A DNA stretch of 64,000 nucleotides, taken from positions 10,908 to 74,907 of the forward strand of contig CBDHYJ010000078.1 in assembly GCA_965275905.1 (NCBI GenBank), given 5' to 3'. The DNA comes from Hyphomicrobiales bacterium. GTDB lineage: Bacteria > Pseudomonadota > Alphaproteobacteria > Rhizobiales > JAJFHC01. The notes under the pieces were generated by a model. The model saw only the letters and a program-made list of their open reading frames with translations. It was not told the DNA's origin and ran no database searches. Of the stretch, positions 22,242 to 31,263 are shown piece after piece (position 1 is the stretch's first letter; every line of letters begins with the position of its first letter). Position numbers and translations under genes: made by a program.

Positions 22242-23495
22242 CTATTTCCTGGCCTTTTGGGCGGGCGACCGCTTGACCTTTAAGCGTCTCTGGGCGGACA
22301 GAGCGGATGCGATGAAGTTCAGCGCCCAAACTTTGACCCTTCCTTTCATTGATGCCTGTGCCTGCGTCACAAATCGCGTGTATGCCACCGAACTGGTAAT
22401 ATCAGGATTTCTTCTGGGTTCGGTAATTTCATAGGAACCGTCATTCAGTTTCAGCTCAAAGTGCGTCTTGGGATTGTTACTTTTGCAGTTGGATGTAACT
22501 CGGTCCACAATCAGGATCCGAACTTTCTGCGGATACCAGAGATTTCTCTCGAACCATCCAGGCGAACGGAATTTGAAAACCGTAAATACAGTGCGTTCGA
22601 TCTTGAGGTCTTTTTCATAGGTTTCTTCACGCACAGTCTTCAATGCTGCTTCGATTGACGCGCTCAGTTCCGCGTCAATGAGTTTAGCGAATGGTGCTTT
22701 CGCAGTTACAGCGGCTTTGATCTCAGAGGATCGCACAATTTTGCTGCCAACATCGCAGCGTTTGATAAGGCGGCGTGTTGGATATTCGTAAGTCTTCGGA
22801 AACGGTATCGTAGGCCGTTCTATTTTCCGAATTTCCGAGAGTTGGGTCTTCGGAATCCAACCAATTACACCTTTGCACCCATGGGGCTTAAGACACTCGA
22901 CTTCTATGTGTTCACGACCACTGTCGTCATACAGATTGCCGCGCCAAGCAAATATCCGCCCGCGGCCAATTTCGGACTTCATTTTTAGGCCAGAATCTTT
23001 GTAGAACTCGGCAGCTTCTACTGAGATGAATAGCTGTTCAGCAGAATGAGCAGATTTGAGTCTCTCATATTCCTCAGGGGCGATGAGTTTCCTTTCAATA
23101 TCAAGAACGTTTAGATAGAGGAACGAATTACTCGACAACGAAAAAGCCAAATGTCTGCCGTTAAGCTTAGCATCAAGGATGAGAACATGCTCGCCCGGCC
23201 TTATAAACTCACTCGTCGAACCGGTGGCGGCATTTGAAAAGCGATTTGTGCGAGCATCATACACTGCCGACAATCCGAAAGTGAGATTGGTCGTCGTGAA
23301 CCCTTCATGCAGAACACGCATTCGTTGCGCGCAGCGTTCCCAGTATCTTTCCGGTGCGCCATTCCAAACAAGTCGAGACTCGCCAGTTTTGAAAGTGCAC
23401 ATATACATTTCATCGACATTGGTCTGTGCATCTCCATTTGCTGTTGCTGTCCCTAAAAGGATTGCAGTTGCCAAGAGGCAAGCATTTGTGCGCAT
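22242..23495 (-). CDS. hypothetical secreted protein (417 aa)
   Basis: ORF 22242..23516 trimmed to ATG 23495 (GGAGGGAATGGGAG immediately upstream). Signal peptide MRTNACLLATAILLGTATANG. No motif I recognise. Confidence 0.7.
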   Translation of the reverse strand: MRTNACLLATAILLGTATANGDAQTNVDEMYMCTFKTGESRLVWNGAPERYWERCAQRMRVLHEGFTTTNLTFGLSAVYDARTNRFSNAATGSTSEFIRPGEHVLILDAKLNGRHLAFSLSSNSFLYLNVLDIERKLIAPEEYERLKSAHSAEQLFISVEAAEFYKDSGLKMKSEIGRGRIFAWRGNLYDDSGREHIEVECLKPHGCKGVIGWIPKTQLSEIRKIERPTIPFPKTYEYPTRRLIKRCDVGSKIVRSSEIKAAVTAKAPFAKLIDAELSASIEAALKTVREETYEKDLKIERTVFTVFKFRSPGWFERNLWYPQKVRILIVDRVTSNCKSNNPKTHFELKLNDGSYEITEPRRNPDITSSVAYTRFVTQAQASMKGRVKVWALNFIASALSAQRRLKVKRSPAQKARK

Positions 23496-23894
23496 CTCCC
23501 ATTCCCTCCGCGTCACGTGTTGGTTTTGTTGCTCCCCAAGACCAGATGCCCATAACGCGAGATTCTAAGAAATCTGCGGGATTACGGGAAAAGATCGCTC
23601 AGAGGTTTCGTGGTTTTCTTTGGCGTTGAATTCATCTGAAAAGTGGTATTCTGGGAGGCAATCAGCACGCTGAATATCGGTTGGTGAATCTCCGAATCAG
23701 CTCAATAAAAATTCGCCGGTTCGGTGGCCATTTAGTCCAAATTGGCTTCAGCCAAAGAGTCAGGATTCGGAATTTTTGACTTATTGGTCACAAGTTTTGG
23801 ATGGGCAAGAATTTGAATGATTGAGCCAGTTTCGGCTTTTATCAAATTCTTCGATTTTTCAACCAAAAGTATTCGATAAATTTTTGATCAAACA

Positions 23895-23923
23895 TTGCAA
23901 ATTTTTGTCAAATATTGTCTAAA
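23895..23923 (+). promoter_or_regulatory. candidate promoter of the 494-aa islet gene
   Basis: TTGCAA-N17-TCTAAA, 26 nt upstream of ATG 23949. Confidence 0.25.
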
Positions 23924-23948
23924 TGACCCTCTGGGAAGGGGGGATAGT

Positions 23949-25433
23949 ATGTCGCGCATTTCTTTGCTGTGCAGCCTTGCCGCTGCTTTGGAAGAGGAAA
24001 AACTCACGAGGATTTTGACTGCCTACAACGAGCAGTTGAAAGACCTCGTGACCAAAGGTGATACAAAAGGAAAGATCAACTACCCCAAATTAGCGCGCCA
24101 TATTCACTATGTAGCGCTGGCTGTTGCCGAAGACCGTCACAAGAAACGCGTTTCAGCAACTCCGCATTCAGATACCTCTAACGCCGGAATTGGATCCAAC
24201 GACTCGACGAGCTCAAAGGGACCCGCATGGAAATACATTGCGGACAAAGTAGAGCACGTATGTGGTTCCCACTCTGAAGATTTCAAAGGCCTTCTTCCAA
24301 AAAAGGTGACCAATGACCGCATTAGCAGCTTCGCCACCTTTGGATCAATGGCGAATGGTGTTAGTACGCCTTGCTTTTACGTGGCTTTGGTTCTCTTCAT
24401 TATCTATTCGTCTGAGACAGGAGAGACGGATCGAGATTTTTTCAAACGCGCTATTCCCAAGAGAGAAAGAGACTTATCGCGGCTGCTATTTGACGACATG
24501 AGTTCTGCGCTGCGTTCTGAAGTACGGACGGATACCGATGACGAGGAACACGAAATAACTGTGAATTTCAACATAAAAAGGAGCAAGACAGACGAGTTCA
24601 TCAAGTATTTCGATCAGTATGCCTTCAGTGATGACGGACGCGCACATTTGGTACTGTATCGGCCGACGCGGTCAGATCCGGCAATCCTGATCAAAACCTT
24701 TCTGTCAATCGGGCCGCACTCCGAAGACAAAGACGGCTATGCATATGCGCACTATTACAAGCCGGTTGATGGGACGCCCCGTACTCGCTTCAGTGGGGGA
24801 AAAGTTCTTCCAATGGACAATGGTTTGTTTATGGCGGGCGGTCAGAAACCGCACGCACTTAATGAAAGAACAGATAAACCATTTATCTCTCTCAAAACAA
24901 TGGCATTTCGATGGACGGATATCGACAACAACGCGCCAGTTTTGCCTGGCCTTGTCATGTCGACCAACTTTGAGGGAGAGCAATTGGTTTCAAGGATTGT
25001 TGCTCGAATTACGCCAATTCCGCATTCCGACGAACTTGAGCTAAGATCGGTGAGAAATGATGATCTGGTCGAAAACTTGAAGGCAGATATCGAAAAAGAA
25101 AAAGCAGTAATCGAGGAAATAACAAAGAACAAAAGCCTCTATTATGAGAACGCATCGAACTTTGTCATTTATGACTCTGAAATCGACATTCGAAAATTAG
25201 CTGATCGAATTCTCTCTTTGACGAATAACCGACCAAATCCAAAGACAGGCGTTGCGGCGCCCTCGGGATACTCCAGAAGAGCCCAGCGAAAGATCGAAAA
25301 GCTGACTAGTCCTCGCCTTAGTACGGTCATCGATGATGCATTCGAGCATGACGACAGTGCCTACCAGGACAAAGACGGGAACTACTATAATTTTTGGGAG
25401 CATACCCGTTTTGGTCCGCTAACCATTTCGTAA
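23949..25433 (+). CDS. hypothetical protein (494 aa), no TM or signal peptide
   Basis: ORF 23895..25433 (TTG) trimmed to ATG 23949 with GGGGGGA 5 nt upstream. No recognisable catalytic or binding motif. Confidence 0.7.
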   Translation: MSRISLLCSLAAALEEEKLTRILTAYNEQLKDLVTKGDTKGKINYPKLARHIHYVALAVAEDRHKKRVSATPHSDTSNAGIGSNDSTSSKGPAWKYIADKVEHVCGSHSEDFKGLLPKKVTNDRISSFATFGSMANGVSTPCFYVALVLFIIYSSETGETDRDFFKRAIPKRERDLSRLLFDDMSSALRSEVRTDTDDEEHEITVNFNIKRSKTDEFIKYFDQYAFSDDGRAHLVLYRPTRSDPAILIKTFLSIGPHSEDKDGYAYAHYYKPVDGTPRTRFSGGKVLPMDNGLFMAGGQKPHALNERTDKPFISLKTMAFRWTDIDNNAPVLPGLVMSTNFEGEQLVSRIVARITPIPHSDELELRSVRNDDLVENLKADIEKEKAVIEEITKNKSLYYENASNFVIYDSEIDIRKLADRILSLTNNRPNPKTGVAAPSGYSRRAQRKIEKLTSPRLSTVIDDAFEHDDSAYQDKDGNYYNFWEHTRFGPLTIS

Positions 25434-25488
25434 GCACATTAAGGCCAACGGCGCGATATGGAGAACCCATTCACTCCGGCTTATGCGT

Positions 25489-25510
25489 AGTCCTGCCGGG
25501 CCCACCATTC
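25489..25510 (+). repeat. direct repeat copy 2 (att-like)
   Basis: Exact copy of 22150-22171. The sequence upstream of it has no further tRNA similarity. Confidence 0.9.
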
Positions 25511-25712
25511 CGCGCCACGGCATTGCGCCTTTCTCAAGCTGCCTTTTGCGCCTGCCGGCAAGGGCGTCTTGCCGTTCCTGTCGATGCTGGATTACCCTGC
25601 ATTCCGGCCTGTCACCGAACGGGCCGTGGGCCGCCATAATCCCCGGGTCCGCGGCCGGAACGCGGTGATCGGGCCAGTCACAGATGCAACGGTCCAGCAG
25701 GAGCTCTCTTTC

Positions 25713-27395
25713 ATGGACAACACGTCGCTGATTGCCCGGTTTCGCGAGATTGTCGGCCGGCGCAACGTGCTGACAGGCGCGCGCGCCACCGAGCGGTTCC
25801 GCCGCGGCTTCCGGTCGGGCGAGGGCGAGGCGCTGTGCGTCGTGCGTCCGGGCACGCTGCTGGAACAATGGAAGGTGCTCGAAGCCTGTGTCGCGGCGGA
25901 CAAGATCGTCATCATGCAGGCCGCCAACACGGGCCTGACCGAGGGCTCGACCCCTTCGGGCAGCTACGATCGCGACGTCGTACTCATCAATACATGCCGG
26001 ATGGACGCCATCAAGGAGATCAATGGCGGCCGCCAGGTCATTGCCTTCCCCGGCGCCACGCTGTTTGCACTTGAAAAGCTCCTTGCGCCGCTTGGCCGCG
26101 AGCCTCATTCGGTGATCGGCTCATCCTGCATCGGGGCATCCGTGATCGGCGGCGTCTGCAATAACTCCGGGGGCTCGCTGGTGGAGCGTGGCCCGTCCTA
26201 TACGGAACTCTCGCTGTTCGGCCAGATCGGCGAAGACGGGCAATTGCGGCTGGTCAATCACCTCGGTATCGACCTCGGCGACTCGCCTGAGGAGATCCTG
26301 GGCCGGCTTGAAAAGGGTGACTTCGACAGGACCGTGGCGGCGACGAACCTCAAGGCTTCAGACACGGATTACGCCGCGCAGGTCCGCAATGTCGATGCGG
26401 CCACGCCGGCACGGTTCAACGCCGACAAGCGCCGGCTTTACGAGGCGTCCGGCTGCGCCGGCAAGCTCGGGGTCTTTGCCGTTCGCCTCGACACATATGC
26501 GAAGCCCGACGCCGAGAGGATCTTCTATATCGGAACAAACGACGTTGGCGATCTGACCGAATTGCGCAGGCATATTCTCGCCAATTTCGAGACATTGCCT
26601 GTTTCGGCCGAGTATGTGGAGCGCGAAGCCTTCGACATCACCGAACGCTACGGCAAGGACACGGTGATGATGATCGACCGGCTCGGCACCGACCGATTGC
26701 CGACGTTCTTCGCGCTCAAGGGTGCCGTCGATTCGCGTCTGCGGAATATTCCCGGGCTTGCGAATTTCACCGACCGGTTCATGCAGTTTGTTTCGCGTCT
26801 GACCCCCGCGGTCCTGCCTAAACGGCTTCTGCAGTTTCGTGACCGTTACCGCCACTACCTGATTCTCAAGATGCGGGACGGCGGCATCGACGAGGCTGCT
26901 GAGTTTCTCGCGGATTTCTTCGCTGACCGCGACAGCGACTTCTTCGAATGCGACAGCCGGGAGGCAAAGATCGCGGGGCTGCACCGCTTCGCCGCCGCGG
27001 GCGCGGCGATCAGGTATATGGCAATCCATAGCGCGGAGGTTGAGGACATCATCCCGCTCGACATCGCCCTGCGCCGTAACGACCGCGACTGGTATGAGCA
27101 ACTGCCGCCCGAGATCGAGGATCAACTGGTTCACAAGCTCTACTATGGCCACTTCATGTGCCACGTCCTGCATCAGGACTACATCGTGAAGAAGGGGGCC
27201 GACGCAAAGGCGCTCAAGGCGCAGATGCTTGAAATTCTCGATCAGCGCGGCGCGGAATACCCCGCCGAGCACAATGTCGGCCACCTCTACAAAGCCAAAC
27301 CGGATCTCGCCGCCCACTACAGGGCTTGCGATCCGACAAACGCCTTCAATCCCGGCATCGGCAAGACATCGAAAACCAAGAATTATGCCGATTAA
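25713..27395 (+). CDS. dld: FAD-dependent (quinone-type) D-lactate dehydrogenase
   Basis: ORF 25569..27395 trimmed to MDNTSLIARFREIVG. Resembles E. coli Dld along its full length (MQAANTGLTEGSTP, GSSCIGASVIGGVCNNSGGSLVERGPSYTE, EHNVGHLYKAKP, DPTNAFNPGIGKTSK). Confidence 0.9.
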   Translation: MDNTSLIARFREIVGRRNVLTGARATERFRRGFRSGEGEALCVVRPGTLLEQWKVLEACVAADKIVIMQAANTGLTEGSTPSGSYDRDVVLINTCRMDAIKEINGGRQVIAFPGATLFALEKLLAPLGREPHSVIGSSCIGASVIGGVCNNSGGSLVERGPSYTELSLFGQIGEDGQLRLVNHLGIDLGDSPEEILGRLEKGDFDRTVAATNLKASDTDYAAQVRNVDAATPARFNADKRRLYEASGCAGKLGVFAVRLDTYAKPDAERIFYIGTNDVGDLTELRRHILANFETLPVSAEYVEREAFDITERYGKDTVMMIDRLGTDRLPTFFALKGAVDSRLRNIPGLANFTDRFMQFVSRLTPAVLPKRLLQFRDRYRHYLILKMRDGGIDEAAEFLADFFADRDSDFFECDSREAKIAGLHRFAAAGAAIRYMAIHSAEVEDIIPLDIALRRNDRDWYEQLPPEIEDQLVHKLYYGHFMCHVLHQDYIVKKGADAKALKAQMLEILDQRGAEYPAEHNVGHLYKAKPDLAAHYRACDPTNAFNPGIGKTSKTKNYAD

Positions 27396-27493
27396 GCGGT
27401 CCTGTGACCGGCTCCGACGGAATACGCTCTGCCGTCTCTTGATCCGGCCGCCCGCCCGGGAAACCTCCTGAAATCAGGTTCTTGCGCGGCCGA

Positions 27494-27525
27494 CTTACCC
27501 AAATGTATGTCAGCTTACCCAAATG
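27494..27525 (+). promoter_or_regulatory. two 12-nt direct repeats with 20-nt period upstream of the kinase operon
   Basis: cttacccaaatg occurs at 27494-27505 and again at 27514-27525, 108-139 nt upstream of ATG 27633. Confidence 0.3.
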
Positions 27526-27632
27526 GGTATTGTCCGCTCCCGGACTGTTTCCTAGCGTTTCGCCACCAAGACCTGGGGCATGAGAACAACTGAGAGACTC
27601 ACGCATTCGAGGCGACTGCGGGTCGCGGCGCG

Positions 27633-29069
27633 ATGCCGGATTCGCTCGGGCTCGAAGCTCGGACGAACGCTATGGGTACCAGTCTTGACGCTCGGCCGCT
27701 TGGCAAGGGGGAGACGTTCTGGTCATTGAACGGCCAGCGCCAGGGCCTTGTCGGCGATCTTCTGGGGCAGGGCGGTCAGGGCGCGGTACACCGGGTCGAG
27801 TTCAGCTCCGATACCTATGCGCTCAAGTGGTACCACGATCACTACATTGCCGTTGACGGGACGCTGAGAGACAGGCTGCGACGCACCATTGCCAGAGGCG
27901 CTCCGGACAAGCGCTTCCTCTGGCCCCTTGAACTGGTGCAGATGCCGGACCGGCGCGCCTTCGGCTATGTGATGGCGCTCAGGCCTGGCGAGTATCGCTG
28001 CATCCGCGATCTGCTCGCCCCGCCGCCCAGCCGCATCGTCCTCCCGCTTGAGAAACGGCTGCGGATTTGCCGCCAGATCGCAGACAGTTTCCTCAACCTT
28101 CACGCCGGCGGGTTCTGCTATCAGGACATCAATTTCGGCAATTTCTTCATCCACCCAAACACCGCCGATGTCCTGATCTGCGACAACGACAACGTCAATG
28201 TCGACGGCGCGGACGCCAGTATCTACGGCACCCGCAAATTCATGGCACCGGAGGTCGTGCGCCGCGAAATCCTGCCAAACACGCGTACCGACCTGTTCTC
28301 GATGGCCGTGCTGTTCTTCTACGTGCTGTTCGGATGGCATCCGCTCGACGGCAAGCGGGAAGCCAATGCCCGGGTCCTGAATGCCGAGGTGGAGATGGAC
28401 CTCTACGGCAACAATCCGAAGTTCATCTTCGATCCGTCAGATAACGAAAACGGCCCGGTCGCGCCGATGCACGATGCGGTGGTCTGCCGTTGGAACTCGC
28501 TGCCGCAGCCGCTCCGTGACCTCTTTGTCCGCTCGTTCTGCGAGGGACTGACAGTGCCCAACCGCCGGGTGCTCGAACAGCAATGGCTCAAGGCATTCGA
28601 GCAGATTCGCAGTGCGGTGTTCGAATGCCCGGCCTGCCGTTACGAACATGTCCTCGAGCCGTCTTCGAGCCAGACCGATTCCATTGACTGCGTCTATTGC
28701 GGCCAGGAATTCGAGCAGCCGCCCTTCCTGCAGATCGGCAGGTCCGGTTTCGTGCTGACCCGCGACAAGGCGATCGGGCTCAGGGATATCGGTGTTCCGG
28801 GCGCTGCCTCATGGGACAGCGCGGCTCTGGTGGTCGAGCATCCGACGCGCAAGGGAGTGCTCGGCCTGCGCAACATGATGGAGAAGGCGTGGATCGTGCG
28901 CTCGGACCGGACCGCGAGTTCTTCGGTGGCTCCCGGAAAAACCGTGATGCTTCTGGACGGTCTGAAAATCGATTTCGGATCGCACAGCGGCACCATTCGC
29001 GATCCGGCCAACGCGGACCGGCCGGGTCTGAAGGCGGGATCGGATCAGGCGGAGGGCCGGGCGGAATGA
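27633..29069 (+). CDS. atypical Ser/Thr protein kinase with zinc ribbon and C-terminal FHA-like module
   Basis: Gly-rich loop LGQGGQGAV, Lys motif YALKW, catalytic loop YQDINFGNF (in place of HRDLKxxN), DNDN (in place of DFG), GTRKFMAPEV (APE). Zinc ribbon CPACRYEH-x13-CVYCGQEF (nt 28626-28700). C-terminal ~95 aa (nt 28722-29000) is shared with the PrsW protein. An alternative start is ATG 27672. Confidence 0.85.
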   Translation: MPDSLGLEARTNAMGTSLDARPLGKGETFWSLNGQRQGLVGDLLGQGGQGAVHRVEFSSDTYALKWYHDHYIAVDGTLRDRLRRTIARGAPDKRFLWPLELVQMPDRRAFGYVMALRPGEYRCIRDLLAPPPSRIVLPLEKRLRICRQIADSFLNLHAGGFCYQDINFGNFFIHPNTADVLICDNDNVNVDGADASIYGTRKFMAPEVVRREILPNTRTDLFSMAVLFFYVLFGWHPLDGKREANARVLNAEVEMDLYGNNPKFIFDPSDNENGPVAPMHDAVVCRWNSLPQPLRDLFVRSFCEGLTVPNRRVLEQQWLKAFEQIRSAVFECPACRYEHVLEPSSSQTDSIDCVYCGQEFEQPPFLQIGRSGFVLTRDKAIGLRDIGVPGAASWDSAALVVEHPTRKGVLGLRNMMEKAWIVRSDRTASSSVAPGKTVMLLDGLKIDFGSHSGTIRDPANADRPGLKAGSDQAEGRAE

Positions 29070-29899
29070 CTGAAGTACAGGCGCAGAGCGGCGGCTGGCT
29101 CATTGGCGGTGCATCCGTCATCGGCCCATCGCATCAGCGCCGCGACCTGCCCAATCAGGATGCGCTCCTGTTTACACCCCAAAACGGGCGCGGGCCCATC
29201 ATTCGGGCGGCCATTGCCGACGGACATGGCGCGGCCGCGCACCACCGATCGGACCGCGGCGCCCGGTTTGCGGTGGAAAAGTCCATAAGCGTGCTCGACT
29301 GGTTCCTAGAGGACCAGGAGACGATCGATCTCAACGACCTTTCGAACCAGATGATCGAGGCGTGGCGGGTGGCTGTCCTGGAGGACGTCGAGCAGCACCC
29401 GCTTGAGCAGGCGCAGGACAATCCGTTCACGCCCTACGGATGCACGCTTCTGACCGCAGCCGCGACCCGCGACAGTGTCTGCCTGACGCAACTGGGCGAC
29501 GGCGACATCCTGCTTGGCTACGAGGACGACACCATCGTTCGTCCTATCGCTCAGGATGCCGGACTGCAGGGGGAGCAGACCTACTCGATATGCCTGACCG
29601 ATGCCGGCGAATACGTGAAGACCTGGTTCGCGCACCGCAACTGGGATGACGCCATTCCCGACTTCATCCTGATGGCGACGGACGGGGTCTCCAAGTCGTT
29701 CCGGTCGGAAGACGCTTTTCTGAACGTCGCGGCGGATTACCGCGTGCGCTGCCGGGACTCGCGCGACACCTACCTCAAGACACTCAAGGCACTTCCGGAG
29801 TGGCTGTCCGAACTGGCGGCCAGAGGTGCCGGCGACGACACGACGTTGATATTGGCGGTCCGGACTTCGGATCAGGAGGGGAGCAAGAAAAATGACTGA
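29066..29899 (+). CDS. PP2C-family Ser/Thr phosphatase
   Basis: The start ATG overlaps the kinase stop (ATGA), with GGAGGG upstream. Metal-binding motifs are NQDA, ADGHG, GDGD, ATDGV and GDDTTL. Confidence 0.85.
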   Translation: MTEVQAQSGGWLIGGASVIGPSHQRRDLPNQDALLFTPQNGRGPIIRAAIADGHGAAAHHRSDRGARFAVEKSISVLDWFLEDQETIDLNDLSNQMIEAWRVAVLEDVEQHPLEQAQDNPFTPYGCTLLTAAATRDSVCLTQLGDGDILLGYEDDTIVRPIAQDAGLQGEQTYSICLTDAGEYVKTWFAHRNWDDAIPDFILMATDGVSKSFRSEDAFLNVAADYRVRCRDSRDTYLKTLKALPEWLSELAARGAGDDTTLILAVRTSDQEGSKKND

Positions 29900-31262
29900 C
29901 AGACGACCTGACGACATGCCACAGGCGCCTCGGGACTATGACGATGCCTCCTATTCGGAGCTGGTGCCGATCAAGTCTTCGTCGATCAGCATCATCAAGA
30001 GCCCGCTTTTCTACGTCGTCGCGGCGACAGGCGTTCTGACAATGGCGCTGGTCTACGGGATGTTCTCGTTCGGCCAGACGTCTTCGGTGAAGGCTCTGAT
30101 CAACTACGGGCTGGTGGCGATCGCCTATCTCCTGCTGATCGTCCTCGCACTCGTCTATCTCTATTCACGGTCGGACAAGCCGTTCTGGGCGTTCGCGATC
30201 TCATTCGGGATTGTCAGCATCATCTTCATGACGCCGCTCATCCAGTTCATCCTGACGCCGTTCCGGTTCTGGATGCCGAGAAGCTGGATCGGCAACAATC
30301 TGATCTCCCACTATATCTGGATGTTCTTCGGGGCCGGGATGGCCGAAGAGTTCCTGAAGAGTATTCCCGGCCTGATCGGCGCCTGGCTCGCCGTCAAGGG
30401 CACCCATCTTCGCGAAAAGTCCGCCAGGCTCTATGACTGGATGGTCGTTCGGGGCCCGCTGGACGGCCTGATGATGGGCGTTTTCGCGGGCGCAGCCTTC
30501 ATCTTCTTTGAAACCGGCTTTGAGTACTTCCCGAGACAGTTCGCGCAGAATCCGGATGCGGCGAAGGGACTGAGCGGTCTGATGCTTCTCATTCCGCGGG
30601 TTTCCGGCGGCATGGTCGGGCACATGTGTTGGGCCGGGATCACGGGGTATTTCATCGGCCTTGTGGTCATGCGTCCCAACGCATGGAAGTTCGCGCTCTA
30701 TGCGTGGGTCGGGTCGTCAGCCATTCACGCCATGTGGAACTCGCTGGGCTTCGTTGCCCTGTTCGGACCGCTTTCGATCGGCATCGGCGGACTGGTCTTC
30801 GTGGCCTGTTTCCTGAAGGCAAAGCAGATGGACCAGTCGCTCGGGCGCCAGCAGGACGGCTATGGATCGATTGTCGTCCAGCCCGATGACCGGCCTTCAC
30901 CGTCTCCGGCGGCCGCTCCGGCACCGGACGCAACCGCGGCCCCGCCACCTCCGCCGCAAAGCGCGCTGTTCCTCCAGTCCGGCGCTGTCCGCCTCCCGGT
31001 TGTTCCCGGGCAGCAGCTGGACTTCGGGCCGCTCAAGGAGGCCGGCCTCGGCGTCGACGGACTGGGTGCCGAAGTGACCACTCATCCGACGCGCAAGGAC
31101 GTGCTGGGTCTGAAGAACACCGGAGACCGCCCCTGGGCCGTGACCTTGAGAGACGGTTCGCAGATCGAGCTTGAAACCGGACGGAACATCCGTCTTGCGC
31201 CGGGCGTCAAGATCAATCTGGGCAACGACGTGACGCTCGATGTCTACGAGAGCGGAGCCTGA
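29892..31262 (+). CDS. PrsW-family intramembrane protease fused to a Pro/Ala linker and an FHA-like module
   Basis: 8-nt overlap with the PP2C gene, AGGAGGGGAG upstream. Multi-pass TM core with PrsW signature motifs AEEFLK (EExxK) and HAMWN (HxxxN). Then linker PSPSPAAAPAPDATAAPPPPP and a C-terminal module at nt 30963-31250. Confidence 0.8.
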   Translation: MTDRRPDDMPQAPRDYDDASYSELVPIKSSSISIIKSPLFYVVAATGVLTMALVYGMFSFGQTSSVKALINYGLVAIAYLLLIVLALVYLYSRSDKPFWAFAISFGIVSIIFMTPLIQFILTPFRFWMPRSWIGNNLISHYIWMFFGAGMAEEFLKSIPGLIGAWLAVKGTHLREKSARLYDWMVVRGPLDGLMMGVFAGAAFIFFETGFEYFPRQFAQNPDAAKGLSGLMLLIPRVSGGMVGHMCWAGITGYFIGLVVMRPNAWKFALYAWVGSSAIHAMWNSLGFVALFGPLSIGIGGLVFVACFLKAKQMDQSLGRQQDGYGSIVVQPDDRPSPSPAAAPAPDATAAPPPPPQSALFLQSGAVRLPVVPGQQLDFGPLKEAGLGVDGLGAEVTTHPTRKDVLGLKNTGDRPWAVTLRDGSQIELETGRNIRLAPGVKINLGNDVTLDVYESGA

Positions 31263-31263
31263 G

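Larger units (their letters stand above)
22150..25510. mobile_element. tRNA-associated AT-rich genomic islet lacking an integrase
   Basis: It is bounded by the exact 22-bp direct repeats and is AT-rich (25/60 G+C in 24361-24420). It holds two divergent orphan genes only. Confidence 0.65.

Noticed and set aside
23776-23791. RutR-box-like sequence TTGACTTATTGGTCAC inside the tRNA islet
   Set aside because: It matches only 11 of 14 consensus positions, lies in foreign AT-rich DNA, and has no functional link to pyrimidine genes. It is probably a chance TGAC-N8-GTCA palindrome.
25419-26108. 229-aa minus-strand ORF spanning the att-like repeat and the dld 5' end
   Set aside because: It is antisense to dld and crosses the island boundary, with no RBS or motif.
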